A stretch of DNA of 64,000 bases from an uncultured Rhodospirillaceae bacterium (GCA_964517415.1 CAZFCA010000003.1:24333-88332), one strand, 5' to 3'. Shown: positions 47,385 to 56,693, counted from the stretch's first letter. The notes: generated from the sequence alone by a model not told the origin. Numbers and translations: made by a program.

Positions 47385-50020
47385 AATCGCCCGCGAAGGC
47401 AAAGACTATTCATAAGTATCTGGGCGATGATTACACCGTCCTGGCCTCGTATGGGCATATACGCGATTTGCCCCCCAAAGACGGATCCGTCCGGCCTGAG
47501 CAAGATTTTGCCATGGACTGGGCGCTGGGCGAACGCGCGCAAAAACCCATAAGCGAGATCGCCAAGGCCGTTAAGAGCGCCGACACTATATATCTTGCAA
47601 GCGATCCCGACCGCGAGGGCGAGGCTATCGCGTGGCATATCCAGCAAGTTCTGCACGAAAAGGGATTGGACAAAAACAAATCCATCCAGCGCATCACCTT
47701 TAATGAAATTACCAAGAAGACGGTGACCGAGGCCATTCAGCATCCGCGCAAGATCGACCCCGATCTGGTCGACGCCTATATGGCGCGGCGCGCTTTGGAT
47801 TATCTGGTGGGCTTTTCTCTCTCGCCCGTTTTGTGGCGCAAATTGCCCGGCGCGAAATCGGCAGGGCGCGTGCAATCCGTCGCCTTGCGCTTGATTTGCG
47901 AGCGCGAGTCGGAGATCGAGAAATTCAAGGCGCAGGAATACTGGACCATCGAAGGCCTGTTTACGACCGCGTCGCACAGGGATGTGCCCGCGCATTTGAC
48001 GCACTTGAACGGCAAGAAGCTGGACAAATTCGCCCTGCAAACAGGCGCGGAGGCGCAAGCCGCGCTTTCGCTTCTTAATCAGCTGACTTATTCGGTCGGC
48101 GCGGTCGAAAAGAAGCAGACCAAGCGCAACCCCTACCCTCCTTTCACAACCTCCACCCTGCAGCAAGAGGCCTCGCGCAAACTGGGCATGGGCGCGACGC
48201 GCACGATGCGCACGGCGCAGAATTTATATGAAGGCGTCGATATCGGCGGCGATACCGTCGGCCTTATCACTTATATGCGTACCGACGGCGTGTCGCTTTC
48301 GATGGAGGCCGTCGCTTCGGCGCGCAGCGTGATCGCCAAGGATTTCGGGGATGCTTATGTCCCCGCCAGCCCGCGTCTTTACAAATCGACCACCAAGAAC
48401 GCGCAGGAAGCGCACGAAGCCATTCGCCCCACCGATTTGTCGCGCCGCCCCGAGCAGGTGGCGAGGCATTTAAACAAAGAGCAGCTCGCGCTTTATACGT
48501 TGATCTGGCAGCGCACGATGGCCTCGCAAATGGCCAGCGCGACGCTGGATCAGGTTTCCGTGGATATCGTCGGCGAGGGCGGCAAAGCGACGTTTCGCGC
48601 GACGGGTTCCGTCGTCGTTTTCGACGGCTGGTTCAAAGTCTATCAGGAAAGCGTGGACGAGGACAAGAAACAGGACGACGACGGCTATGGCAACGTGCGC
48701 CTGCCGCCCTTGAGCGAAAAAGACCCGCTTCAGAAAAAAGAGATCAAGCCCGAGCAGCATTTCACCCAGCCGCCCCCCCGCTATAGCGAAGCCTCGCTGG
48801 TGAAAAAGCTGGAGGAACTTGGCATCGGGCGCCCCTCCACCTACGCCAGCATTATGCAAGTGCTTCAGGACCGCGATTATGTGCGGCTGGATAAAAAGCG
48901 CTTTATTCCAGAAGATCGGGGACGCATCGTCACCACCTTCCTTGAGAATTTCTTTAAGGAATACGTTGAATACGATTTCACCGCCGACCTAGAGGGAAAG
49001 CTGGACGAAATATCCGGCGGCCGATTGAACTGGAAAACGGTTTTGGGCGATTTCTGGAAGGGCTTTTCCGGCGCCATCGACGAAACGAAAGACTTGAAGA
49101 TATCCGACGTTATCGACGCCCTGGACAATGTTCTTGGCCCGCACTTTTTCCCGCCGCAGCTGGACGGCAGCGATCCGCGCCTTTGCCCTTCGTGCAAGAC
49201 GGGGCGCATGGGATTGAAACTCGGCAAATACGGGGCTTTTTTGGGATGCTCGAATTACCCGACCTGCCGCAACACAAGCCCCCTTGCCGTCGCGAACGGC
49301 GATTCCTCGCAGCCGCAAATGGCGGGCCCGCGCGAGCTTGGCGTTGATCCCAAATCCGGCATGCCGGTGAGCGTGCGCGTCGGCCCCTATGGCGCTTATG
49401 TGCAAGTAGAAACCGCCGCCGCGCCTGAAGCCGCCGAACCAGAGGGCAAGAAAAAGAAGAAAAAGAAAAAATCGGACGCGCCCAAACCCAAACGCGTTTC
49501 CCTGCCCAAGGGCATGGATCCGAATTTGATCGATCTGAACACCGCCCTGCGCGTGCTGGATCTGCCCCGCGAAGTGGGCAAGCATCCTGAATCGGGGCAA
49601 ATGATAACGGCGGGCATCGGGCGCTTTGGCCCTTATTTGAAAATGGGATCCCAATACAAAAGCCTGCCGCCGGACGACGATGTGCTGAATGTCGGCCTGA
49701 ACCGCGCGGTCGTTTTGCTGGCCGAGCCGAGCAAAGGCCGTTTCGGCGCATCCGCCGGAAAGGCTTTAGGAGAACACCCCGAAGATAAAAAGCCCGTAAC
49801 GCTGAACAAAGGACGCTTCGGCCCTTATATAAAGTGGGGCAAGCTGATGGCAACAGTGACCAAGGATTACGATCCCGAGAATTTATCTTTAAACGACGCG
49901 GTTGAAATCCTTGCGGCGAAGGCCGAAAAGGATAAAGCTAAAAACGCCAAAGGCGGCAAAGTCAAAGAGACGGCCAACCCCGAGGCCAAGGCCAAAAAGG
50001 CGAAACGAAAGAAAGAATGA
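47360..50020 (+). CDS. topA: DNA topoisomerase I
   Basis: TOPRIM domain LVIVESPAKAKTI...GREGEAIAWH, the active-site Tyr region, C-terminal zinc-ribbon CPSCKTG/GCSNYPTC, and a Lys-rich tail. 886 aa. Confidence 0.95.
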   Translation: MSHNLVIVESPAKAKTIHKYLGDDYTVLASYGHIRDLPPKDGSVRPEQDFAMDWALGERAQKPISEIAKAVKSADTIYLASDPDREGEAIAWHIQQVLHEKGLDKNKSIQRITFNEITKKTVTEAIQHPRKIDPDLVDAYMARRALDYLVGFSLSPVLWRKLPGAKSAGRVQSVALRLICERESEIEKFKAQEYWTIEGLFTTASHRDVPAHLTHLNGKKLDKFALQTGAEAQAALSLLNQLTYSVGAVEKKQTKRNPYPPFTTSTLQQEASRKLGMGATRTMRTAQNLYEGVDIGGDTVGLITYMRTDGVSLSMEAVASARSVIAKDFGDAYVPASPRLYKSTTKNAQEAHEAIRPTDLSRRPEQVARHLNKEQLALYTLIWQRTMASQMASATLDQVSVDIVGEGGKATFRATGSVVVFDGWFKVYQESVDEDKKQDDDGYGNVRLPPLSEKDPLQKKEIKPEQHFTQPPPRYSEASLVKKLEELGIGRPSTYASIMQVLQDRDYVRLDKKRFIPEDRGRIVTTFLENFFKEYVEYDFTADLEGKLDEISGGRLNWKTVLGDFWKGFSGAIDETKDLKISDVIDALDNVLGPHFFPPQLDGSDPRLCPSCKTGRMGLKLGKYGAFLGCSNYPTCRNTSPLAVANGDSSQPQMAGPRELGVDPKSGMPVSVRVGPYGAYVQVETAAAPEAAEPEGKKKKKKKKSDAPKPKRVSLPKGMDPNLIDLNTALRVLDLPREVGKHPESGQMITAGIGRFGPYLKMGSQYKSLPPDDDVLNVGLNRAVVLLAEPSKGRFGASAGKALGEHPEDKKPVTLNKGRFGPYIKWGKLMATVTKDYDPENLSLNDAVEILAAKAEKDKAKNAKGGKVKETANPEAKAKKAKRKKE

Positions 50021-50709
50021 CCGCGATGACCGCCAACGCCGCGATTAACCGCCTTCCGCGCGCGTCGTTTCATGAATTGGCAAGGAAAGTTAAAAATTCG
50101 GTTTCAAAGCCCTTCGCGCTGCAAGTCGGCGCGATGGACGGCGTTTTCTTTGATCTTTTACATCCCCTTTTGATCGAGGGCGGATGGGAAGGGCTTTTAA
50201 TCGAGCCTTTGCCCGACATGTTCGCCCTTTTGCAAAAAACTTACGCATCCCAGCCGCAGTTGAAGCTAATCAATTGCGCAATCTCGGATCATTCGGGCGC
50301 ACTGCCGCTTTACAGAATTGATCCTGAAGCCGTCACCAAAGGATTTTTGCCGAAAGAAGCCTTGGGCATGACGACTTCCTTTTCCGACCGCGGGTTTATG
50401 GGGCGAGAGGATTACGCCGAACGCTTTAAGGCGCATATGAGAAAGACGGAAGTCCCGTGTCGCTCTCTTTTGGAAACAATCGGGGACATTCCGCATATCG
50501 ATGTCGCGGTTATCGATACCGAAGGAAGCGATTGGATGATCGCGCAGCAGCTTGATATCGCGCGCTTTAAAACGCGCCTTATATGTATCGAATATTCGAA
50601 TTTGAGGACCGACGAGCTCAAGGAATGCTGCGCGCATCTTTCCGAGCGCGGTTTTGCCCTCGCGCTTTGCGAAGAAGATACGGAAAATTTTTTGTTTTAT
50701 AGAGAGTGA
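50017..50709 (+). CDS. FkbM-family methyltransferase
   Basis: Family motifs GAMDG and VIDTEGSDW. The ATG overlaps the topA stop (ATGA). It sits between topA and rnr. Confidence 0.7.
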   Translation: MTAMTANAAINRLPRASFHELARKVKNSVSKPFALQVGAMDGVFFDLLHPLLIEGGWEGLLIEPLPDMFALLQKTYASQPQLKLINCAISDHSGALPLYRIDPEAVTKGFLPKEALGMTTSFSDRGFMGREDYAERFKAHMRKTEVPCRSLLETIGDIPHIDVAVIDTEGSDWMIAQQLDIARFKTRLICIEYSNLRTDELKECCAHLSERGFALALCEEDTENFLFYRE

Positions 50710-50710
50710 G

Positions 50711-52612
50711 ATGAAAACATCCTCGCGGCACAGGCATTTGAGATCAGCCAAGCCCGGCAAGCGGCCATTTGCGCATGGCGTTAAGCGAAGCCGAATCCTT
50801 CCCGAAAAAGAAGAAAGCCGCCGCATCGTCGGCGTCATTTCAAAGGAAGGCAAAGGTTGGCGGCTTACGTCCACAAACCGCAGGATGCGGGGCGAGTATA
50901 ACCTTCGCGCCAAGCCGCAATTCAAATTGGAAAGCGGGCTGCTTGTCGTTGCCGAAAAAACGGGCGCAAACCGGTGGCAAAAGGAAGCGAAGCTGCTGGA
51001 AATCATCGGCTCTCTCGACTCGCCCAAGGCCGTCAGCCTTATCGCCATCGCCACACACGAAATTCCCGATGAGTTTTCCAAGGAGGCGTTAGAAGAAGCC
51101 GACGCGGCAAAGCCCGTCGATTTAAAAGGCCGAGCGGATTTGCGCGGCATTCCGCTTGTCACTATCGACGGGCCCGACGCGCGGGATTTCGACGATGCCG
51201 TCTTCGCGGAAAAGGACGGCGCGGGCTGGCATTTGATTGTCGCCATTGCCGATGTCGCGCATTATGTGCGCCCCCAAAGCGCGCTGGGCAAAACTGCTTA
51301 CGAGCGCGGCAATTCGACCTATTTCCCCGACCGCGTGGTGCCCATGCTGCCCGAGGCGCTGAGCAACGAATTATGTTCTTTAAAGCCGCATGTCGAGCGG
51401 GCGTGCCTTGCCGCGCACATGTGGATTGACAAGGACGGCGAGTTGACGCGCTGGCGGTTCGTGCGCGGGCTTATGAAATCCCACGCGCGGCTGACCTACG
51501 AACAGGCGCAAACAGCCATCGACGGCAAAGACGACGAAAAGACAAAGCCTTTGCTGGAGACGGTTTTAAAGCCTCTTTACGGCGCCTTCCATTGTCTTTT
51601 GCGCGCGCGGCTTAAACGCGGGACGCTGGAGCTGGATTTGCCGGAACGCGCGGTCGACATTAAACACGGCAAAATCGTCTCCATTAAAATCAAGGAGCGA
51701 TTGGACAGCCACCGCCTGATCGAAGAGTTCATGATCACTGCCAACGTGGCGGCGGCGGCTCAGTTGGAAGGAGCTTGTTCAATAACCGACAAACGGCCTC
51801 AAAAAGCGGGTTTTTGCTTATACCGCATCCATGACAGGCCGACGGAAATGAAGCTCGACGGCCTGCGCGATTTTCTCGATACATTGGGGATCAGCCTTGT
51901 GCCCAAGGCGCAATTGCACCCGCGCTTTCTGACGCAGATTCTGGAAAACGCGGCCGGAACGCCGCATGCGCAGGTCGTGAACGAAATGATTTTGCGCAGC
52001 CAATCGCAAGCCATATACAGCCCCGAAAACATTGGTCACTTTGGATTGGCTTTGGCAAAGTATGCGCATTTTACTTCACCAATCCGGCGCTATGCCGATC
52101 TTGTCGTGCACCGCGGCTTGATCCGCGTCTGCGGCCTTGGCGAAGGCGGCCTGACGGATCGCGAAGTCGATAAACTCGAAGAAATCGCGGATCATATCTC
52201 AACGACAGAACGTCGATCTATCGCCGCCGAGCGCGACGCGATGGATCGCTTCGTGACGCTGTTTATGGCGGATCGCGTCGGCGATACGTTCGGCGCGAAA
52301 ATCAGCGGCGTTTCTCGCTTCGGGCTTTTCGCGCGTTTGGATGAAAACGGCGCGGACGGCATTATTCCGATCAGCACGCTGCCCGAGGATTATTATTTCC
52401 ATGACGAAAAGCGGCAGGCTTTGGTGGGACGGCGAACAAAATCAGTTTATCGGCTGGGACAGCCTATCGCCGTGCAATTAACCATGGCCGACCGCATCAC
52501 AGGCAGCATGGCGATGAAGTTGGTGGCGGAGGAAAGGACAGGCCTAATCAAAAAAACTCAATCGCCGAAAAAGCGTAAACAGAAATCAAATAAGGGCAAA
52601 AAAGGCCGTTAA
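50711..52612 (+). CDS. rnr: ribonuclease R
   Basis: RNB catalytic domain (DFDDAV...), a C-terminal S1 domain, and a basic tail. The ORF-track start 50654 lies inside the preceding gene, so it is trimmed to the ATG at 50711. Confidence 0.9.
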   Translation: MKTSSRHRHLRSAKPGKRPFAHGVKRSRILPEKEESRRIVGVISKEGKGWRLTSTNRRMRGEYNLRAKPQFKLESGLLVVAEKTGANRWQKEAKLLEIIGSLDSPKAVSLIAIATHEIPDEFSKEALEEADAAKPVDLKGRADLRGIPLVTIDGPDARDFDDAVFAEKDGAGWHLIVAIADVAHYVRPQSALGKTAYERGNSTYFPDRVVPMLPEALSNELCSLKPHVERACLAAHMWIDKDGELTRWRFVRGLMKSHARLTYEQAQTAIDGKDDEKTKPLLETVLKPLYGAFHCLLRARLKRGTLELDLPERAVDIKHGKIVSIKIKERLDSHRLIEEFMITANVAAAAQLEGACSITDKRPQKAGFCLYRIHDRPTEMKLDGLRDFLDTLGISLVPKAQLHPRFLTQILENAAGTPHAQVVNEMILRSQSQAIYSPENIGHFGLALAKYAHFTSPIRRYADLVVHRGLIRVCGLGEGGLTDREVDKLEEIADHISTTERRSIAAERDAMDRFVTLFMADRVGDTFGAKISGVSRFGLFARLDENGADGIIPISTLPEDYYFHDEKRQALVGRRTKSVYRLGQPIAVQLTMADRITGSMAMKLVAEERTGLIKKTQSPKKRKQKSNKGKKGR

Positions 52613-52879
52613 AGTTATCTCGCAGCCGATATGATTTACCCTTTTCTATAAAGTCGATCCGCCTTCGTATTGTTTGTGCTTCTCTTAGACCGCCTCTACA
52701 CGCATTGATGGCGCAAACGAATGGCAAAACCGCCGTCACGGGACTAAAATGCTACACTTTCGCCCATAACGCCTTGTTTTTTACGCAAGGGCTTGGTTTT
52801 TTGGCAGCTATCCGTTAAAGAAGTAAAGATTCGGGTTAAGTTTTTTCCGCTCTGCGCGTACCAACAAAGGTGATGCACG

Positions 52880-54076
52880 ATGTCGATCCGTGACACGAAA
52901 ATAGCCAAATTCGGCCTCCTGTCTTTTCTCGCGATTTTTCTTGCGATCAGCCCCGTCCTTGCCGAGGACGTTGACACGCAAACGGTCAGCGAGGCGCCGC
53001 CGCCTTCGGAACCGGCATCCCTTCCGCGCATGGCTTTGGTCAGCACCGAAGGCATCGCCAATTTCGGCCCCTCAAGCGGCACGGTGGTCGGCAATCGCGC
53101 CGCCGCCTTGCGCGACGAAGTGGCGCGGTTGCGTTCTTCCGTCAGTCTGAATTCAAACGAATTCGCCATCCTGCGCACAAGCGGCGCGGCAGGCGCGGTT
53201 CAGTACCACAGCACGGTCGCCGCCATCACGGCGCGCTTGCAAAACGGCACGACCAAGGGCAACCCCATCTTGCTTCGCCAATGGTCCGAGGCCGAGGCCA
53301 GCCTGAATGAAGTCACCTCGTCCCTGAACAAGCTGAATTCGCTTCGCGTCGCCATCGACAACGACGCTTCCGTCGCGTCGTACCTGCTCGATTCCGTCGA
53401 AGCCGCCTTCGAGTTGGCCGGCGCGGTGGACGAAGACCACGATCAATTGAAACTTTTAAAGGACGAGGTGTCCCGCCAAGTTGTTCAGCTTGACTACCTG
53501 CGGAACGAAACGACGTCCGACATTCAGCGCCAATCCAGCTATTTGGCGACCGAAAGGGCAAACGTCCAGGCTTTGGCTTTCGCCATCAGCCGCGGCGAAA
53601 TGCTGGGCAACAGCCTGGCTAATCGCCCCGTCATCGTCAATCAGCCGAGCATGGCGGTGTCGCCCGTATCCCCCCCCGTTCCCCAGCCGGCGCCCCTGAT
53701 GCCGGTGACTCAAAACACGGGCAGTTTGGCGCCTACGCCCGTGACGGCTTCCCCGTTAGTCGGTCCTCAATCTCTGGGGCACTTGCTTGTGCTTATTCGC
53801 TACAACCAGCCGCGCGTCGAATACGAACAGCAATTGTCGCAAGCCATCGGCTCGGTTATCGAACGTCGCCCGACCGCCGAGTTTTCCGTTGTGGCGGTGA
53901 CTCCCTCCAGCGGCGATTCCGCCTTTGTCGCCGAGCAGCAGCAAATGGCCAAAGCCCACGCGGACGAGGTAAAGCGGTCGCTGATTCAGCTTGGCTTGCA
54001 ACCTTCGCGCATTTCCATGTCCAGCACGCAAGCGCAAACGGCGCAAACGCCTGAAGTGCACGTTTATATCCGCTAA
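52880..54076 (+). CDS. hypothetical secreted protein: signal peptide, coiled-coil region, Pro-rich linker and a degenerate OmpA-like C-terminal domain
   Basis: Signal peptide FGLLSFLAIFLAISPVLA, heptad-like LRDEVARLRSSVS.../LKLLKDEVSRQVVQLDYLRNE, linker PVSPPVPQPAPLMPV, and a C-terminus SGDSAFVAEQQQMAKAHADEVKRSLIQLGLQPSRIS resembling the OmpA_C core. Confidence 0.55.
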   Translation: MSIRDTKIAKFGLLSFLAIFLAISPVLAEDVDTQTVSEAPPPSEPASLPRMALVSTEGIANFGPSSGTVVGNRAAALRDEVARLRSSVSLNSNEFAILRTSGAAGAVQYHSTVAAITARLQNGTTKGNPILLRQWSEAEASLNEVTSSLNKLNSLRVAIDNDASVASYLLDSVEAAFELAGAVDEDHDQLKLLKDEVSRQVVQLDYLRNETTSDIQRQSSYLATERANVQALAFAISRGEMLGNSLANRPVIVNQPSMAVSPVSPPVPQPAPLMPVTQNTGSLAPTPVTASPLVGPQSLGHLLVLIRYNQPRVEYEQQLSQAIGSVIERRPTAEFSVVAVTPSSGDSAFVAEQQQMAKAHADEVKRSLIQLGLQPSRISMSSTQAQTAQTPEVHVYIR

Positions 54077-54084
54077 TTTATTAT

Positions 54085-54195
54085 ATACCCGTCCTCCAAT
54101 GAAAGCCCCAGCACGGGTCCCTATTCGCGCCAGCAAGCGATAACAGGGCAGAGCGAGCAAAGTAAAACGGAGCTGGGCGTTCACTGATCGTCAAG
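54085..54195 (+). repeat. MITE-like repeat, short copy E1
   Basis: CCAATGAAAG ... GCGCCAGCAAGCGATAACAGGGCAGAGCGAGCAAAGT ... GTTCACTGATCGTCAAG, giving 5' TIR, core and 3' TIR. Confidence 0.5.
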
Positions 54196-54197
54196 CA

Positions 54198-54548
54198 TCA
54201 AGGATTAAACCGCTGCGCCTGCGGCGCGCGGGGCGCATTGGGCGTGAACCTTTGGGCTTCCGGCGCGCGCGGCGCTTGCGGATAAAAACGCGACGCTTCG
54301 GGCACTTTCGATGGAGATGGAGTAAAACGCGATGCCTCGGGAGCCATCGGTGGCGATGGATAAAAAGTATCGGCTTGCATGACCGTTCGCGGCTGGGGAT
54401 AGAATCTTTCCGCTTCGGGCGCGATGGGCGGGTCTGGATAAAATCTGTCAGCCTCAGGCGCGCGCGGCGCTTGCGGATAAAATCGATCCGCTTCCGGCGC
54501 AAGCTCGAGCGCAAAGGCTTCGGCGGAAAACACGAACGCAAGGCACAT
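54198..54548 (-). CDS. small secreted protein built from about 7 tandem 13-aa repeats (consensus APEAxRFYPQAPR)
   Basis: Signal-like N-terminus MCLAFVFSAEAFA, then PEADRFYPQAPRAPEADRFYPDPPIAPEAERFYPQP... The repeats are encoded by imperfect tandem 39-bp DNA units. The ORF-track start is trimmed to the Met preceding the signal peptide. Confidence 0.5.
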   Translation of the reverse strand: MCLAFVFSAEAFALELAPEADRFYPQAPRAPEADRFYPDPPIAPEAERFYPQPRTVMQADTFYPSPPMAPEASRFTPSPSKVPEASRFYPQAPRAPEAQRFTPNAPRAPQAQRFNP

Positions 54549-54592
54549 CCATAATTTTCTTCCTACGCATGGCAAGGGAGTCTCCCGAAGTT

Positions 54593-54660
54593 TTGGACGT
54601 CGTGTACCGCCCCCCGCTCGTGACCCATAACAAGTCATTTCATTGGGCGGTTGGTGTTAC
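54593..54660 (-). repeat. MITE-like repeat, partial copy E2 (5' half, reverse orientation)
   Basis: Reverse complement reads CAACCGCCCAATGAAATGACTTGTTATGGGTCACGAGCGG. Confidence 0.55.
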
Positions 54661-54935
54661 ATGATCACATCGGTAAGAAAGCGGATTGCGTCGTCAAAAT
54701 CTTTTTCGGGAAGATACTGGGAATTCGGGATATTAAAATGGTTTGAAAGCTGATTTTCGATTCTAAATTCGCTTTGTCCGGACTCATGGGAAACATAAGC
54801 AATCATGGCGGAAAGGGATGTTCGCTGATTGTCGTTTAACGAACGGGAAAGCAGACGCGGCGCTTGCATCCATGCCTTGTCGTCCGCCGGTCGGACCGTA
54901 GGATTTTTATCCGCTGTTAAGCATGCGTTGCTCAT
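54657..54935 (-). CDS. hypothetical protein (92 aa)
   Basis: ORF divergent from the XRE regulator. The stop codon lies within the MITE fragment. No recognisable family. Confidence 0.35.
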   Translation of the reverse strand: MSNACLTADKNPTVRPADDKAWMQAPRLLSRSLNDNQRTSLSAMIAYVSHESGQSEFRIENQLSNHFNIPNSQYLPEKDFDDAIRFLTDVIM

Positions 54936-55124
54936 AAAAAATTCCTCAAATTTATTGTCCTAATATCCTAGCCTTTGAACCATTATAGCTCGCGATCAAA
55001 TAGCAATTAAACTGCAGAAATATGGTTATTTTACTTTCATGCCAAAAAAGGGCATTAACCATTAATGTCTCGCTTGCGCAAAAGATCAAAAAATAGGTAA
55101 CTTTTGGACGAAATTGGGGTTGCG

Positions 55125-55784
55125 ATGATCACACCGGAACAATTAAGAGCCGCCAGAGGCCTTTTGGACTGGAGCCGCGGCGATTTGTCGAAGGCTTGCG
55201 GCATTTCTCAGGAAACCGTCAAAAACATTGAGCGCGGCGTTTTCCGCCCGCAGGAAGCGACCGAAAAAGCCATTCTGAAAGCGTTTGCCGCGCATGACGT
55301 TTGCTTTCTGGACGCCGACGGCGTTCGAAAGAAGACCGAGCCCGTAAAGGTTTTTAAAGGCGAAGAAGAGCTGAAAGCGTTTTTCGATTCCCTTTACGAA
55401 TCCGCGAAGTCGGGCGCAGATATTTGCGCCTTTTGCATTGACGAAAAATCTTTTGCGCATCATCTGGGCGACTATGCCAAAGCGCATTTTCAACGCATGG
55501 GGCAACTAAACGGCACTCGAATCCGCTGCCTTGCGCGCGGAAACGGGGAGGAGGCGCCATCCGCCCCTTATGGCGAATGCCGCGCCATTTCGGCGGACAA
55601 ATTTTTTTCAGTTCCCTTTTTTATATGCGGGGGCCGGCTGGCGTTCGTTCTGATCGACAGCGAAAAAGCGTTCGTCGCGCGTCTTTCCGTGCAGCCTGTG
55701 GCGGAAGCCTATCGCAAGCAGTTCGACGCGCTTTGGGGCAAGGCCGCATCGCCCCTGCAAGCCGCTCCTGACGAAGCTGGTTAG
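55125..55784 (+). CDS. XRE-family (Cro/C1-type HTH) transcriptional regulator with an uncharacterised C-terminal domain
   Basis: N-terminal ITPEQLRAARGLLDWSRGDLSKACGISQETVKNIERGVFRP is a classic HTH_XRE. The ~150-aa C-terminal domain is unassigned. ATG at 55125 preferred over the TTG at 55104. Confidence 0.65.
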   Translation: MITPEQLRAARGLLDWSRGDLSKACGISQETVKNIERGVFRPQEATEKAILKAFAAHDVCFLDADGVRKKTEPVKVFKGEEELKAFFDSLYESAKSGADICAFCIDEKSFAHHLGDYAKAHFQRMGQLNGTRIRCLARGNGEEAPSAPYGECRAISADKFFSVPFFICGGRLAFVLIDSEKAFVARLSVQPVAEAYRKQFDALWGKAASPLQAAPDEAG

Positions 55785-55846
55785 CTTGCTGGACTGAATG
55801 CGCGAATGCGTCTAAAATAGAGAGCGTCTCAAAAACATTTAATCGC

Positions 55847-56470
55847 ATGTCCAAATCCGCCGCATCGGCTTCCTCAAAAAGCCTTATCCTCGTCCTCGTC
55901 TTCCTGGGCTTTTTGATCCCTATTCAGGCGTCGCCGTCTTTCGTCGACCGCGCTTTGCACTATCTGCAAGGCGGGAGATCGGAAACGGCGCCTCTGCCGC
56001 AGACGGCGGAAGTCGCTTTCTCGCCGGGCGGCGGGGCGACGGAGTTAATCATCAAAACCATCGGCGCGGCAAAGCAAAGCATTCGGGTCGCCGCGTATTC
56101 CTTTACCTCGCGCCCCATCGCCAAGGCGCTGATTGAGGCGCATCAGGCTGGCATTGACGTGAAAGTCGTCGTGGATCGCGGCCAGATTGAAAAGGGCAGC
56201 CATTCCGTCATGCCCATCATCGCGCTGGCGAAAATTCCCGTGCGCGTGGATACGGAGCATGCCTTGCAGCATGATAAATATATGATTATCGACGGGAGCA
56301 CGGTTCAAACCGGCTCGTTCAACTATACGGCGGCGGCGGAACAGCGGAATTCCGAAAACGTGCTTGTGCTATGGCAAGCGCCGGAACTCGCCCGCCTTTA
56401 TGGCGAGAATTGGCAAGCCTTGTGGGACAGCGCCGAACCATACGCCGCGCCCCGGGCAGAAGAAAATTAA
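55847..56470 (+). CDS. secreted phospholipase D-family nuclease (Nuc-like, single HKD motif)
   Basis: Signal peptide LILVLVFLGFLIPIQA and the HKD motif HDKYMIIDGSTVQTGSFNYT (H-x-K-x4-D...GSxN). The size, about 180 aa mature, is typical of Nuc endonucleases. Confidence 0.75.
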   Translation: MSKSAASASSKSLILVLVFLGFLIPIQASPSFVDRALHYLQGGRSETAPLPQTAEVAFSPGGGATELIIKTIGAAKQSIRVAAYSFTSRPIAKALIEAHQAGIDVKVVVDRGQIEKGSHSVMPIIALAKIPVRVDTEHALQHDKYMIIDGSTVQTGSFNYTAAAEQRNSENVLVLWQAPELARLYGENWQALWDSAEPYAAPRAEEN

Positions 56471-56477
56471 GCTGTTT

Positions 56478-56615
56478 ACGGGTACGAGTGGGGGAACAGA
56501 GCTTATCGGGCTGGACATATTAAGCCCTTCGAATCTATAGGGGCGCCCAGCAAGCGATAAGCGAGGCACAAAGTGAGTGAATTCACCAACGTGGACATTC
56601 ACTGGTCGTATTAAA
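56478..56615 (+). repeat. MITE-like repeat, copy F (variant lacking the canonical 5' core)
   Basis: GGGTACGAGTGGGGGAACAGAGCTTATCGGGCTGGAC...GCGAGGCACAAAGTGAGTGAATTCACCAACGTGGACATTCACTGGTCGTAT aligns with copy C. Confidence 0.55.
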
Positions 56616-56693
56616 GGCTTTTTTCTTGAATGCTTCGGGCTAACGAATTATTAGCTTCCAAATGCGAGAATGGCTGTTTTCCAAAGCCTTTTG

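Noticed and set aside
49396-49853. AAG/AAA-rich run (ggcaagaaaaagaagaaaaagaaaaaa) near 49441-49470 with overlapping minus-strand ORFs; considered as a simple-sequence repeat, CRISPR-like periodicity or a frameshift site
   Set aside because: It encodes the poly-lysine linker (GKKKKKKKKSD) of the Topo I C-terminal tail. The topA frame is continuous through it, and there are no repeat-spacer units.
52744-53178. 144-aa minus-strand ORF overlapping the start of the secreted coiled-coil protein gene
   Set aside because: The plus-strand gene has a convincing signal peptide and consistent composition. The minus ORF has no start context and an arbitrary composition.
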